A program made the position numbers and the translations under genes. Below, in pieces: positions 37,428-46,920 of a DNA stretch of 64,000 nt; the first letter of the stretch is position 1; each line of letters begins with the position of its first letter. Under the pieces are notes generated by a model, which was given only the letters and a program-made list of their open reading frames with translations, did no database searches and had not been told where the DNA came from. The stretch comes from Microgenomates group bacterium (GTDB lineage Bacteria > Patescibacteriota > Microgenomatia > PFEM01 > JBNASD01). Location of the stretch: NCBI GenBank assembly GCA_049720225.1, contig JBNASD010000001.1, forward strand, positions 293,217 through 357,216, given 5' to 3'.

Positions 37428-39088
37428 CGGTATTCTTCTCTGAATGTATTCCATGGTCGTTCTTTCATTAAACTAAAAATCTCTTTAGCTACTTCTTCCT
37501 GAGAAGAAACAACTGTATTTACATCTACAGAAATTGCTTTTCCTATTCCATCCAACATATCATAGATTTGCTTAATTGCTTTTCTAACATCATCTAAAGA
37601 AAAATCACCGGTTCTGGTCCATTTAATAAGTTTTTCTAAAAGAAAAGATTCCACATCAAAAAATGCTTCAGATAAACTATTAAAATCTTGTCTATCACGA
37701 AAAGAGGGCGCTTTTTTAATATCCCAAATTTTTCCCTGCCCCACTGCTCTTATTCTATCTAAGCAATGAGTAAATAATGACTTCATTGAAGCATAAATTG
37801 CCGCTATCTCCTTAGGCATAACATAATCATGATATCCCTCAAAAGGATTTCGTTTAATTAATCTCCCTTCTGCTTCAAGTAATTTTTGAATTGGAGTTCC
37901 ATCAAACACACGCAGTGCTTTACTTAATATAGGAGTTAAACCTCTTCGTTTTAAAAATGCTAAATCTTTTTCTAACGTTTCCAAAGTTGTATAAGGATTA
38001 AAAATCATAAAACCAACAACAACAGAAATCCCCTCTCTGGCTAAAATATCTAAAGCTTGTTCCATTTCGGCAATAGTTTCTCCCTTACGGAATTTTCGCA
38101 AAATTGCATCGTCCGAACTTTCCACACCAATCAATAGTCTCTCAAAACCAGCCGCTTTTAATAAAGAAACAACACTCTCATCCGCCGTTATATCATTCCC
38201 TCGACAAAAGCCCATTAAATGAAAAGGTAACTTTCTCTTTGCAATTTCTCGGCAAAAAGATAATACATGCTCACGTCCTTCTTTTCCAGGACCAAAAATA
38301 TTTGGGTCATTAAATTTAAAAACAGTAACGCCATATTTTTGGTATAATTCCTCCATTTCCTCTACTACTGCAAGAGGATTTCGTGCACGCCAACGAGATC
38401 CTTTCCTTATACTCTCAAAAGAGTAGTTACTGCAAAATGTACAAATCCCATAACAACCACGACTACCCATAATGGTGGCATAATTAGTTTTCCCCAAACA
38501 ATAAGACAAATAATCGCGGGCGGCAAACGGAAGAGCATCTAAATCAACTGTATCCATAGGTTTATTAATTATCTGATCTGGACCTTGACGAAAGGCAATA
38601 CCTTTAACTTCCCTCCACTCTTGACCAGTTAAAATCCTTTCCGCTAAATTAACAATTATATTTTCTCCTTCTCCTAAAACCACCGAGTTTATTTTATCTC
38701 CCAATCTTTCTAAAATATAAGGAAAACTTAAGGTTGCCGTAATTCCTCCGCAGGTAATATGTCCTTGATAGTCTCTTTCTCTTAAACCATTTACAATTAA
38801 CTCTAAGGAAGGTAAAGCTCTCTGTAAAACAGAAAATCCTACAATTGGTGGGTTTTTTTCAAGAATTCTTCTAATTGTCTCCTCTATAGTTTTGGCTTCT
38901 ATATCTGCATCAAATATTTCTACTCTTCTACCGTATTTCCTTAAATTTGCCGCCAAATACATAAGCCCCATTGGTTCTTTTGGATTGTAATCTGGTTCTC
39001 GACCAGTTTGATACAAAGGAGGCAAAACTAAAAGAACCTCCGGAGAAGAAGTTAAAGGTTCTATTTCTTTAGATATTAAATTATTCAC
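37412..39088 (-). CDS. B12-binding domain radical SAM protein
   Basis: PMGLMYLAA, GGITAT, GEGE, SRGCYGICTFC, GVES. Confidence 0.9.
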   Translation of the reverse strand: MNNLISKEIEPLTSSPEVLLVLPPLYQTGREPDYNPKEPMGLMYLAANLRKYGRRVEIFDADIEAKTIEETIRRILEKNPPIVGFSVLQRALPSLELIVNGLRERDYQGHITCGGITATLSFPYILERLGDKINSVVLGEGENIIVNLAERILTGQEWREVKGIAFRQGPDQIINKPMDTVDLDALPFAARDYLSYCLGKTNYATIMGSRGCYGICTFCSNYSFESIRKGSRWRARNPLAVVEEMEELYQKYGVTVFKFNDPNIFGPGKEGREHVLSFCREIAKRKLPFHLMGFCRGNDITADESVVSLLKAAGFERLLIGVESSDDAILRKFRKGETIAEMEQALDILAREGISVVVGFMIFNPYTTLETLEKDLAFLKRRGLTPILSKALRVFDGTPIQKLLEAEGRLIKRNPFEGYHDYVMPKEIAAIYASMKSLFTHCLDRIRAVGQGKIWDIKKAPSFRDRQDFNSLSEAFFDVESFLLEKLIKWTRTGDFSLDDVRKAIKQIYDMLDGIGKAISVDVNTVVSSQEEVAKEIFSLMKERPWNTFREEYRWNED

Positions 39089-39108
39089 TCTCTCTTATTT
39101 TACCAAAA

Positions 39109-39378
39109 TCACAAAGTTTTCTTACTTTTTAATAAATTTTTTTCAATTTTTTCTAGAAAAGAAAGAACTCTTCCTTTGTCTAAATCCCAACGATTTAAAT
39201 AAAAAATATAGGCAATTTCCAATAAACCTGTTGTGTTAAGAACTAATAAAATTATAAACCATAAAAGTTGCCGCTTTTGCGAAGCTTTCCAAAGCGCCCA
39301 ACCTTTCCAAAAAAGGGTCCAAAAAATCAATAAACTCCAAGCCCAAATTGGTAAATTTTGATAATTTATTTTTTCCAT
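39109..39378 (-). CDS. DUF5652-like small membrane protein
   Basis: WTLFWKGWALWKA...WFI..LVLNT.GLLEI.Y. Confidence 0.8.
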   Translation of the reverse strand: MEKINYQNLPIWAWSLLIFWTLFWKGWALWKASQKRQLLWFIILLVLNTTGLLEIAYIFYLNRWDLDKGRVLSFLEKIEKNLLKSKKTL

Positions 39379-39743
39379 AAACCGTGAAGATTACAATATT
39401 CTCTCACTAAAATTAAATCTCCTTCGCCTACACAAAATTCTGCTTCGGGTAATTCCCCTGGTTTTAGAAACTTTTTAAAACTTCCATTTTGAGTAACAAC
39501 CTCAATCCACTGAATATAATGAGACTCTTCCATTGGATGAGGAACAGAACCTACTTTAACTTTAATTCCCTTTTCTGTTTTTTCCACCACCGGTACATGT
39601 TTTTCCATTCCTACATCTTCGGTTTTTTCTTGTAAAAGCTCCATCGGTTGACCACAACAAACTAATTGTCCCCCGCCAGCATATAAAACCTCCACAACGT
39701 TTCCGCAAATGTTACATTTATAAATTTGGTATTGTTGAATCAT
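39366..39743 (-). CDS. dfx: Desulfoferrodoxin (superoxide reductase)
   Basis: YKCNICGN, CCGQPM, EKHVP, HPMEESHYIQW, YCNLHGLW. Confidence 0.95.
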   Translation of the reverse strand: MIQQYQIYKCNICGNVVEVLYAGGGQLVCCGQPMELLQEKTEDVGMEKHVPVVEKTEKGIKVKVGSVPHPMEESHYIQWIEVVTQNGSFKKFLKPGELPEAEFCVGEGDLILVREYCNLHGLWKK

Positions 39744-39760
39744 TCTTTTTCACCTCCTTC

Positions 39761-40249
39761 TTATTTAAAGTATATATTAATCCAATCGCCAATTAAATGG
39801 GAAATTATTACCACCAAAATTGCGGTTATTAAATGCTCAAGAATTATTTTTCCTTGGTCTTTTTCCTTCTCTCTAGCCAAAAGAAAATTAAAAATAAAAA
39901 TTAAAAATAAACCAAGAAAGATATTTATTATGATTGCTTGTGAAAGCGACTTTAAAATTAAAATTGGAAAAATAAAAATTATTGCAAATAAAAACTTAGC
40001 CAAAAAGGTAGCAAGGGTTGCCTGCCAAATTTCTCCAAAACTATGCTTCCCTTCTGTTTCTTCGGAAATATGAATTCCTAAGGCGTCAGAAAAAGCATCA
40101 GCTACCGCTATCCCTATAATTCCTCCTATCACCGCTAATTTTGAGTGGGTTCCAGAATGAAGGCTGGTCATTAACCCCAAAGTTGTAATTATTCCCGAAG
40201 TAAAACCAAAACTAAAACCGGTTTTAATTGGGTGATTAAATAATAACAT
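39761..40249 (-). CDS. VIT1/CCC1-like membrane protein
   Basis: SFGFTSGIITTLG, AVADAFSDALGIHISEE. Confidence 0.75.
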   Translation of the reverse strand: MLLFNHPIKTGFSFGFTSGIITTLGLMTSLHSGTHSKLAVIGGIIGIAVADAFSDALGIHISEETEGKHSFGEIWQATLATFLAKFLFAIIFIFPILILKSLSQAIIINIFLGLFLIFIFNFLLAREKEKDQGKIILEHLITAILVVIISHLIGDWINIYFK

Positions 40250-40585
40250 CTATTTTTTATTAAAACACAAACACCCCTTTTTTGCCAAAATTTCTTTTTG
40301 TTCCTTTAAAGTATTAATTAATTTATCTTGTTTCGCTTTTCCCTTGGCTAATTTTTTATCTAAAGGAGATTGATGATGGTATCCTCGCTTTTTCATTTCC
40401 GAAACCAATTTTTGGTGTCTTAAATATAAAGCTTTTAATTTTCCTCGCCAACGTAAAACTTCTGGATGACGAGAGTAACCTTTTTTATTTTTGATTAAAA
40501 TATTCCAAATAGCATGAAGCTCGCGATGTTCTGCTAATAAATGCTGGCGACACAAATATTTTGGAGGAAAATCCCAAATGCGCAT
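40250..40585 (-). CDS. Pyrimidine dimer DNA glycosylase/endonuclease V-like protein
   Basis: MRIWD...LCRQHLLAEHRELH, HPEV.RW, EMKKRGY.H. Confidence 0.8.
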   Translation of the reverse strand: MRIWDFPPKYLCRQHLLAEHRELHAIWNILIKNKKGYSRHPEVLRWRGKLKALYLRHQKLVSEMKKRGYHHQSPLDKKLAKGKAKQDKLINTLKEQKEILAKKGCLCFNKK

Positions 40586-41050
40586 TTAATTTAAAATCGC
40601 TACTGCCAAATTTAAAACCGAAGCAAAGCTTACCCAAAGCAAATAAGGTAAAAGTAAAATCCCGGCAATTTTTCTGATTTTATAAAAATTAACGGTTAAA
40701 TATAAAATTATCCCCCATAAAACCAAAATTTCCAAAAACGCCAAAAAGGGATTTCTTAAACCAAAGAAAAAAATTGACCATAAAGAATTTAAAAATAAAT
40801 GAATAAAATAAATCTTCAAAATTTTCATTTTCTGAGGATTTTCGCTTTGCCAAATTAAAAACGACGCTATTCCCATTAAAATATAAAGAGTCGTCCAAAC
40901 TGGTCCAAATAGCCAATTAGGTGGTGAAAAGAAAGGTTTGTTTAGAAATTGATACCATGAGGATATCGCCGGAAAAGTAAAATAAGCACCAATTGATCCT
41001 GCTAATTGAGGAAGTAAAAGAAAACCAATTAAAGAAAAAACTTTTCTCAT
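40586..41050 (-). CDS. tspO: TspO/MBR family protein
   Basis: WYQFLNKP..SPPNWLFGPVWT.LY, PYLLWVSFA. Confidence 0.92.
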   Translation of the reverse strand: MRKVFSLIGFLLLPQLAGSIGAYFTFPAISSWYQFLNKPFFSPPNWLFGPVWTTLYILMGIASFLIWQSENPQKMKILKIYFIHLFLNSLWSIFFFGLRNPFLAFLEILVLWGIILYLTVNFYKIRKIAGILLLPYLLWVSFASVLNLAVAILN

Positions 41051-41058
41051 TTTAATTA

Positions 41059-41087
41059 TTGACTAAATTTCTTTTAAGTGTTAAAGT
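41059..41087 (+). promoter_or_regulatory. Sigma70-type promoter TTGACT-N17-TAAAGT
   Basis: ttgact aaatttcttttaagtgt taaagt upstream of the 41116 operon. Confidence 0.5.
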
Positions 41088-41115
41088 TAATCAATTTTAA
41101 CAAATTTATTAATAA

Positions 41116-41667
41116 ATGAAAAAAAGTTTAATAGCCTTAATTCCCCTTGCTTTAATTTTAATTGCGGTTTTAGGTTATAAATTTTTAAATAAAAAAAATA
41201 TTTCTTCCTCAAAACAATTTCCTTCCCCCTCATTTCAATCTTCTGAATCTATTTCACCAACAGAATCAACTTCAGCAAAAGAAAAAGCTTCTTCAAAAAT
41301 AAATCTGGTTTGTCGTTATCGCCCTAATGAAAAGATAGAAGTTATAAGTTATCTTAAAGAAGGAAAAATTTTCTCCGAAATTAAGGGAGAAAATCAAGGT
41401 TTTGATAAATTTCTTTTCTTTAACGATACGGGGAAAATTTATTATTGGAATAGTTCAACCAAACAAGGTTTCACTTTAACCGCTACCACCGCTCAACCAA
41501 ATACCCAATTTGAATTTAAAAATACTGATGAATATTTAGGACAGATGGAAAAATACAGGCCGGATTGTCGAGAGGAAAGTTTAAACGACGAACTTTTTAA
41601 CATTCCCTCTGATGTAAATTTTCAAGATATGGAAAAACTTCAAGAAATGATGCGTCAAAATCAATAG
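41116..41667 (+). CDS. Hypothetical membrane-anchored exported protein
   Basis: N-terminal TM, Ser-rich linker, two Cys, ends ELFNIPSDVNF. Confidence 0.72.
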   Translation: MKKSLIALIPLALILIAVLGYKFLNKKNISSSKQFPSPSFQSSESISPTESTSAKEKASSKINLVCRYRPNEKIEVISYLKEGKIFSEIKGENQGFDKFLFFNDTGKIYYWNSSTKQGFTLTATTAQPNTQFEFKNTDEYLGQMEKYRPDCREESLNDELFNIPSDVNFQDMEKLQEMMRQNQ

Positions 41668-42702
41668 ATGAAAAAACACTTTTTAATTTTAATTATTTTG
41701 CCTATTTTATTAATTAGCGGATTTTTAATTTTTAGAAACAAAAAAATTTCTCCTAAAAAAAGTGACCAATCGCCTCCTACTTCCTCTTTAGAAATTCCTC
41801 CTGAAGTACCAAAAATAAATTATGAAGAAATTTTTGGCAGTGAAATTAATGTCTGTAAACTTTTTCCTCAGGAAAAAATTGAAGAGCTTTTAGGAAAAAC
41901 TTTTGTTGAAGTAAAATCAGGGGTTAATAAAACCTCGCTTTACACCGAATACTATTGCGAATATTATCAGGAAGAAGCAAAATTTAAATACGAAGGAAAC
42001 CGACCAATTGTTCCAAAAAGACTTCCGATTACTATTTTGAAAAGTAACAACATTAAAGAAATGAGGGAGGCTTATAAACTTTCTGGCTTCCAGGCAAAAC
42101 AAGATGATGAAATTCCTTTCCCTCATCAACTAATTTACGATCAGAACGGTAAATTTAGAACACTTGAGATCTTCTTAGATGATAATACAGATTTGGATAT
42201 TCACCCTTTTCAAAGTAATTTAACCCAAGAAGAAGCTTTAGATTTTATTAAAAAATTCGCCTTTTATTTTAAAGATTTTGTGGAAAACAAACTAAAATCT
42301 CCATCTCCACCTTCTTCTTACTCATCTGAACAAGGAGAAGGAGTGCCCCTCCCTCAAGATGAAGATATTATTCGCAACTTTGTTTCTTTAATTGAGGAAG
42401 GAAGTGCCGATAAAGCTGCCCAAATGATGAAGGTAAAAGATGAAACGGAAATGCAAATATGGGGAGTTCATTTTTCGGCGATCAATTCTTTTAAATTATT
42501 AAAAATAGAAAAAGCCAATGAAAATGAATGGACTGACACAAAACATATTTATAAAGTTCTTTTAGATGTCTGGATGGACCCTCGTTCGGCAGATGCCCCA
42601 ATTCCCTATTATGGTTGGGAAAATGGCCAAAATACTCGCTGGATTACCTTAGAAAAAGTTGGCAATACTTGGAAAATTGCCGAAATTGCCACTGGACCAT
42701 AA
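41668..42702 (+). CDS. Membrane-anchored protein with C-terminal DUF4829/NTF2-like domain
   Basis: TM; DIIRNFVSLI...WENGQNTRWITLEKVGNTWKIAEIATGP. Confidence 0.7.
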   Translation: MKKHFLILIILPILLISGFLIFRNKKISPKKSDQSPPTSSLEIPPEVPKINYEEIFGSEINVCKLFPQEKIEELLGKTFVEVKSGVNKTSLYTEYYCEYYQEEAKFKYEGNRPIVPKRLPITILKSNNIKEMREAYKLSGFQAKQDDEIPFPHQLIYDQNGKFRTLEIFLDDNTDLDIHPFQSNLTQEEALDFIKKFAFYFKDFVENKLKSPSPPSSYSSEQGEGVPLPQDEDIIRNFVSLIEEGSADKAAQMMKVKDETEMQIWGVHFSAINSFKLLKIEKANENEWTDTKHIYKVLLDVWMDPRSADAPIPYYGWENGQNTRWITLEKVGNTWKIAEIATGP

Positions 42703-42720
42703 AAAGGAGGTGAGAAAAAA

Positions 42721-43050
42721 ATGAGGCTTTTTGGATTTTTATTTTTATTATTATTTTTTATTCTTCCAGTCGGATTAGTTGGTTTACTTATTCTAAAAAT
42801 GGTCAAAAAAACTAAAGCCAGTGAATGGGAAGGAGAAATAATTGATAAACTTTATCGAACTAAAGAAGAAAGAGATGAAGGAAGTATTATTAAAAATAAG
42901 AAAAAAGTTTCTCATTTTTATACTTTAGTTGTTAAAACCAATGAGGGATTAACCAGAAAAGTCGCGGTTTCCAAAGAAATGTACGACAGTTGTCAGATTG
43001 GTGACAAATTAATTAAACCAAAAGGGGCCTTAAATCCCCGCAAAGCATGA
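42721..43050 (+). CDS. Hypothetical membrane-anchored small beta protein
   Basis: Strong SD; TM; WEGEIIDK...GDKLIKPKG. Confidence 0.7.
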   Translation: MRLFGFLFLLLFFILPVGLVGLLILKMVKKTKASEWEGEIIDKLYRTKEERDEGSIIKNKKKVSHFYTLVVKTNEGLTRKVAVSKEMYDSCQIGDKLIKPKGALNPRKA

Positions 43051-43289
43051 AGTCTTTTTTTAAATTTTTATTGCCGATAAATTTAGTTAGTTTAAGCGGT
43101 CTATTACTTCTTCTTTTGGGATTTATCCTTTTGCCTTTTTTAGTTGGTTTTCCTCTAATAATTTTAGGAACAATTATTATTAGTTTAGAATTCTTAAATC
43201 ACACTTTAAAATTTTTTCCCGGCGGAAAGATAGTTAAAGATTATTATAAATCATTTTTAAGCTCACTTTTTAAAATACTCCGTAAGTAA
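43047..43289 (+). CDS. Hypothetical small membrane protein
   Basis: ATGA overlap with upstream gene; two TMs. Confidence 0.55.
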   Translation: MKSFFKFLLPINLVSLSGLLLLLLGFILLPFLVGFPLIILGTIIISLEFLNHTLKFFPGGKIVKDYYKSFLSSLFKILRK

Positions 43290-43736
43290 ATTTTTGGCAA
43301 AATGGCGGGCGTTTTGAAAATCTTTTTGGTTGGGGTGATTTTTATTTATTCCTCCAAAAAATTTTAAAATTCCAAAACTATCCCAACCCAAACAATTAAA
43401 TTCGCCAATAACTTTACACCCCTTATTTATTAATTTTCGGCGCAATTTTCGATGAAAAATTTTTCCTAAGGAGACCCCGCTGGTGGAAAAAATAAAAACT
43501 TTTTGGTCTTTGGAGAATTTTAGTCTATCAACCAATTCTAATAATTGCCGATGATGTTGCCAAAAATAAATTCCCGAACCAAAACCAACCAAATCATAAT
43601 TTTTCAAACTCAAGCTATTGAACTGCCCCGCTTCTTTTAATTCCGCTTTCAATTCTTTTCCTAAAATTTTGGCGATTTTTAGGGTATTCTGGTGATGGAC
43701 AGACTTATAAATAATTAAAACTCTGGGAAATTTCAT
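43263..43736 (-). CDS. Flavodoxin family protein
   Basis: IIYKSVHHQNT, YDLVGFGSGIY, FSTSG, FNCLG. Confidence 0.88.
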   Translation of the reverse strand: MKFPRVLIIYKSVHHQNTLKIAKILGKELKAELKEAGQFNSLSLKNYDLVGFGSGIYFWQHHRQLLELVDRLKFSKDQKVFIFSTSGVSLGKIFHRKLRRKLINKGCKVIGEFNCLGWDSFGILKFFGGINKNHPNQKDFQNARHFAKNLLTEYFKK

Positions 43737-43745
43737 TGTTTATTT

Positions 43746-45026
43746 TTATTCCCAAAACCAAAAACCACTGGGATTGTTAATCTCTAAAATTCTACTTTTT
43801 TTCATTTTATAAACGCCATCCTCAAAAACCGTTTGCCAAGTACCCTCATAATAATGAAACTCTACTTCATTATCAACCCAATTTTTGGTTCCAAATTTTA
43901 CATACACTGTGTCTTTAGAATCCTTAACCATTTCAGTTTTAAAAACAGTCACATCCAAAACATCTTTAAATCGACTGGTCCATTCCTCAAAATTAGTTTT
44001 TTTCAAATATTCCCGACTTAAAAGCGCAAATCCATCTTTCATTCTTCGCGCTTTAATATAAGTATAAAAAGCCCTAACTGCTTCTTCCGGTGATTTTGAA
44101 GGATCCACTTCAATTTTTTTAATTTCCTGGTCAGCTAAATGGGGAAGAAAAAGCTTAGCATTATCGGCAAGAATAAACAAAGAAAGACCTCCAACCCCAA
44201 TATTATTAATCCCTACTACTTTTCCACATTGATTAACCAACGGACCGCCACTCATTCCCTCCACTAAATTAATATCTACTTGAGCATAGAAAAGGGGCGA
44301 ATTTCTTGTTTTTCGAAAATCCAAGAGTTTTCCTTGCAAAACTGTTGGTTTTCCGCTTAATTCTGTTCCCAACGGATAACCAGCGGCTAAAAGTTTTTCT
44401 CCTTCATTAAAATAAAGACGTTCCTCTGGTAAAGGCATAACTAATTGAGGAAATTTCTCTTCAGTAAAAAGTAACGCTAAATCGGCATCTTTGTGACCTA
44501 AAATCTTAATTGGAGTAATAAATCTTCCATCTGGCAAAATAATCTTGGGACTCGGCTCATCGGCAATTACATGAAAGTTAGTTATTACTTGGTCTTCGGC
44601 AATAAAAAATCCTGAACCCTCCGAATATCCCCCAACTATTCTTACAACCGAATTTTTTAGTTTTTCTTCAACATCTTCCAAAAGGAAACAATAAAACGTC
44701 CCTATCCATCCATATTCCCGACGAATATAATCAATAATCACTAAAAAAGAAAAAAGTAAATAAACAAAAACCCCAAGAAGAAAAATTGCTTTAAGGAAAT
44801 TCTTTAAACTTTTGAAGGGAAAAATAATTGTCTCAAAAATTAAACTTAAAAATGCAAAAATAAATTTAATAACAAACTTAATTAAATAATAAACTGTATA
44901 AGTAATCAATTTTAGGGGGAATAAGTAAAGGGGAAAAAGTAATCTTTTGAAATAAGCTTTCGTTTTCAACCAAGATTTTTTAACAAAAATTTTAATTTTA
45001 TTTGCCAATTTTTCAAAAGGATCCAT
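43746..45026 (-). CDS. Membrane-bound trypsin-like serine protease, no PDZ, NTF2-like C-terminal domain
   Basis: GSGFFI, ITNFHV, DLALL, GMSGGPL. Confidence 0.85.
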   Translation of the reverse strand: MDPFEKLANKIKIFVKKSWLKTKAYFKRLLFPLYLFPLKLITYTVYYLIKFVIKFIFAFLSLIFETIIFPFKSLKNFLKAIFLLGVFVYLLFSFLVIIDYIRREYGWIGTFYCFLLEDVEEKLKNSVVRIVGGYSEGSGFFIAEDQVITNFHVIADEPSPKIILPDGRFITPIKILGHKDADLALLFTEEKFPQLVMPLPEERLYFNEGEKLLAAGYPLGTELSGKPTVLQGKLLDFRKTRNSPLFYAQVDINLVEGMSGGPLVNQCGKVVGINNIGVGGLSLFILADNAKLFLPHLADQEIKKIEVDPSKSPEEAVRAFYTYIKARRMKDGFALLSREYLKKTNFEEWTSRFKDVLDVTVFKTEMVKDSKDTVYVKFGTKNWVDNEVEFHYYEGTWQTVFEDGVYKMKKSRILEINNPSGFWFWE

Positions 45027-45029
45027 TTT

Positions 45030-45497
45030 TTATTTTATTTTAATTTTATCACCAACATTTATACCATATCTTTTAACTACTCCATTATTGATTTCCAAAA
45101 CTTTATCTACTGGCTGTGATGGTTTTAAAACCTTTGGCGGTTGGAGATCTTCTGGTTTAACATTTTGGGTGATCTCTACTACTGTATCGCCATTAATCCA
45201 AACAAAATCCAACGGAAACCTCATTCCCTTCATCCAAAAGGAATAATAATCCGGCTTTTCAAAAATAAAAAGCATTCCCTGATTTTCCGGCAAAAAATCT
45301 CTTTCCGAAAGTCCCCTTTCTCGCTTTTCCGGTGTATCGGCAATCTCTACTAAAATTTCCGTATTACCAATAGTGATTTTTTTCAAATTTAAAGATGAAG
45401 GTTTAATTTTGAAGACTAAAAAATAAAAAATTAATAAAAAAAGGGGAAAAAGTAATAAATAAATTTTCTTAATCTTCATTAATATAAAGTTTATCAA
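45030..45497 (-). CDS. DUF192 family protein
   Basis: VEIADTP..RERGL, GMLFIF, FWMKGMRFPLD, VLEIN.G. Confidence 0.9.
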   Translation of the reverse strand: MINFILMKIKKIYLLLFPLFLLIFYFLVFKIKPSSLNLKKITIGNTEILVEIADTPEKRERGLSERDFLPENQGMLFIFEKPDYYSFWMKGMRFPLDFVWINGDTVVEITQNVKPEDLQPPKVLKPSQPVDKVLEINNGVVKRYGINVGDKIKIK

Positions 45498-45862
45498 AAT
45501 CCTGCTTTTCTCTTACCTTGATAATTTCTTCCTGTTCGAAAATATCCTTTTACTCGATGAGTTTTTCCCTGCTCTTCTTCCCATTTATTTCTCAAACCAG
45601 GAGGACTATTTACCAAAAAACCCGCTAATCTTCGCTTTAATCTTTGAGGAATTCCTTCTCCTCCATTTTCTTTTGAAGCGTAATGAAAAGTTAATACTAC
45701 TAACGCAAGAGTTTGTTCCGTTTCAAAAGGTGATAAACCAAAAGTTTCTTCCAATTCTTTCTTATTTACAACAACAGTGGGTTCTTCTCCTTGTAAAGCA
45801 TCCGCAATAACCCTTAAGGCTTCTTTTTGGGTTGAAGTTAAAAGTTTTTCTCTTTCTCTCAT
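45494..45862 (-). CDS. Hypothetical protein
   Basis: ATGA-coupled on both sides within operon. Confidence 0.6.
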   Translation of the reverse strand: MREREKLLTSTQKEALRVIADALQGEEPTVVVNKKELEETFGLSPFETEQTLALVVLTFHYASKENGGEGIPQRLKRRLAGFLVNSPPGLRNKWEEEQGKTHRVKGYFRTGRNYQGKRKAGF

Positions 45863-46254
45863 AAAAATAATTTTACTATTATTTTTCTTTCTCTTGGCCC
45901 ATCAAATTCTACTAGAAAAATTTCCTGCCAACTTCCTCTAATCAGTTTCCCTTCTTTTACCGGCAAAACTTTGCTTTGACCAACTAGTCCTGCTAAAAGA
46001 TGAGCCTCAGCATTATTATCTATTTTATTGTGTTCAAAATCAATCCCGGAAATTATTTTTTCAAAAAACTTTAGCCAATCTCTTTTTAATCCTTCTTCAT
46101 CTTCAGTCAACAAAATCCCTGCCGTCGAATGGGGTACAAAAACCAAAACTATTCCCTCCTCAATTTTCGCCTCAACCACAATTTCTTCTATTTTTGAAGT
46201 AATATTTATTAATTGATATTTTTGCTGAGTTAAAATAGTAAATTGAGCAATCAT
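45859..46254 (-). CDS. YjbQ/UPF0047 family protein
   Basis: VPHSTAG, HNKIDNNAEAH, GSWQEIFLVEFDGPR. Confidence 0.9.
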   Translation of the reverse strand: MIAQFTILTQQKYQLINITSKIEEIVVEAKIEEGIVLVFVPHSTAGILLTEDEEGLKRDWLKFFEKIISGIDFEHNKIDNNAEAHLLAGLVGQSKVLPVKEGKLIRGSWQEIFLVEFDGPRERKIIVKLFL

Positions 46255-46265
46255 TTTTATTTTGT

Positions 46266-46710
46266 TTATCTATTTTTGCTATTTTCCCTCTTTCTTTTAA
46301 CAAACTCAATAGTTCCTAGAATTGTTCTTCCTAAACGCAAAAGACTATATAAAAAAATAAACAAAAAGAAGAAAAAAGAAAAACATATTCCAATAGTGAT
46401 AATAAAAAGAACAAAAATCATTAACGCTAAAGAAAATCCCTCGAAATTTTTAAAATTATAAAAAAACGCCGAAAAACTAAAAATTAATATTATTAAACTC
46501 AATTAATATTATTAAACTCAAAAATAATCCCAAAATCTTTAAAATAGGAAGATTTAATATTTTTGGTTTTCTGATCCCTTCTTTTCTCCATTTTTTAATA
46601 AATGTTTGCCGAATAAAAGAACAAAAACGATAAGCTCGAGCTAAAAACCTAAATAATTCTATATCAAATTTTTCAGCTTCATATTTGAAATTAATTTTAA
46701 TAAAAGACAT
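46266..46710 (-). pseudogene. Membrane protein gene split by a 19-bp tandem duplication
   Basis: ORFs 46477-46710 and 46266-46502 join into one 141-aa frame if one copy of aattaatattattaaactc is removed. Confidence 0.7.
46482..46519. repeat. Exact 19-bp tandem duplication
   Basis: aattaatattattaaactc at 46482-46500 and 46501-46519. Confidence 0.95.
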
Positions 46711-46920
46711 TTTTTAAATTAATTATTAATCCCCTCCTTTGAAATCACACTTATTAACTTAAATTTATCAATCAAATACTGTCTTCATTTATCGGGTTTT
46801 TCTTATTGTCTTTCCGTCTCTTTTAAAATCTGATAGGCAATATCGTTAAAAGAGAATAATAATTCCTTTTTTATATATTCTTTTTTAATAAATTTTTAAA
46901 CTTACTTGCCGTCTTTTAAA

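Noticed and set aside
46817-46855. 10-bp inverted repeat tctcttttaa/ttaaaagaga as terminator or operator
   Set aside because: AT-rich stem, 19-nt loop, no U-tract; overlaps a probable coding remnant.
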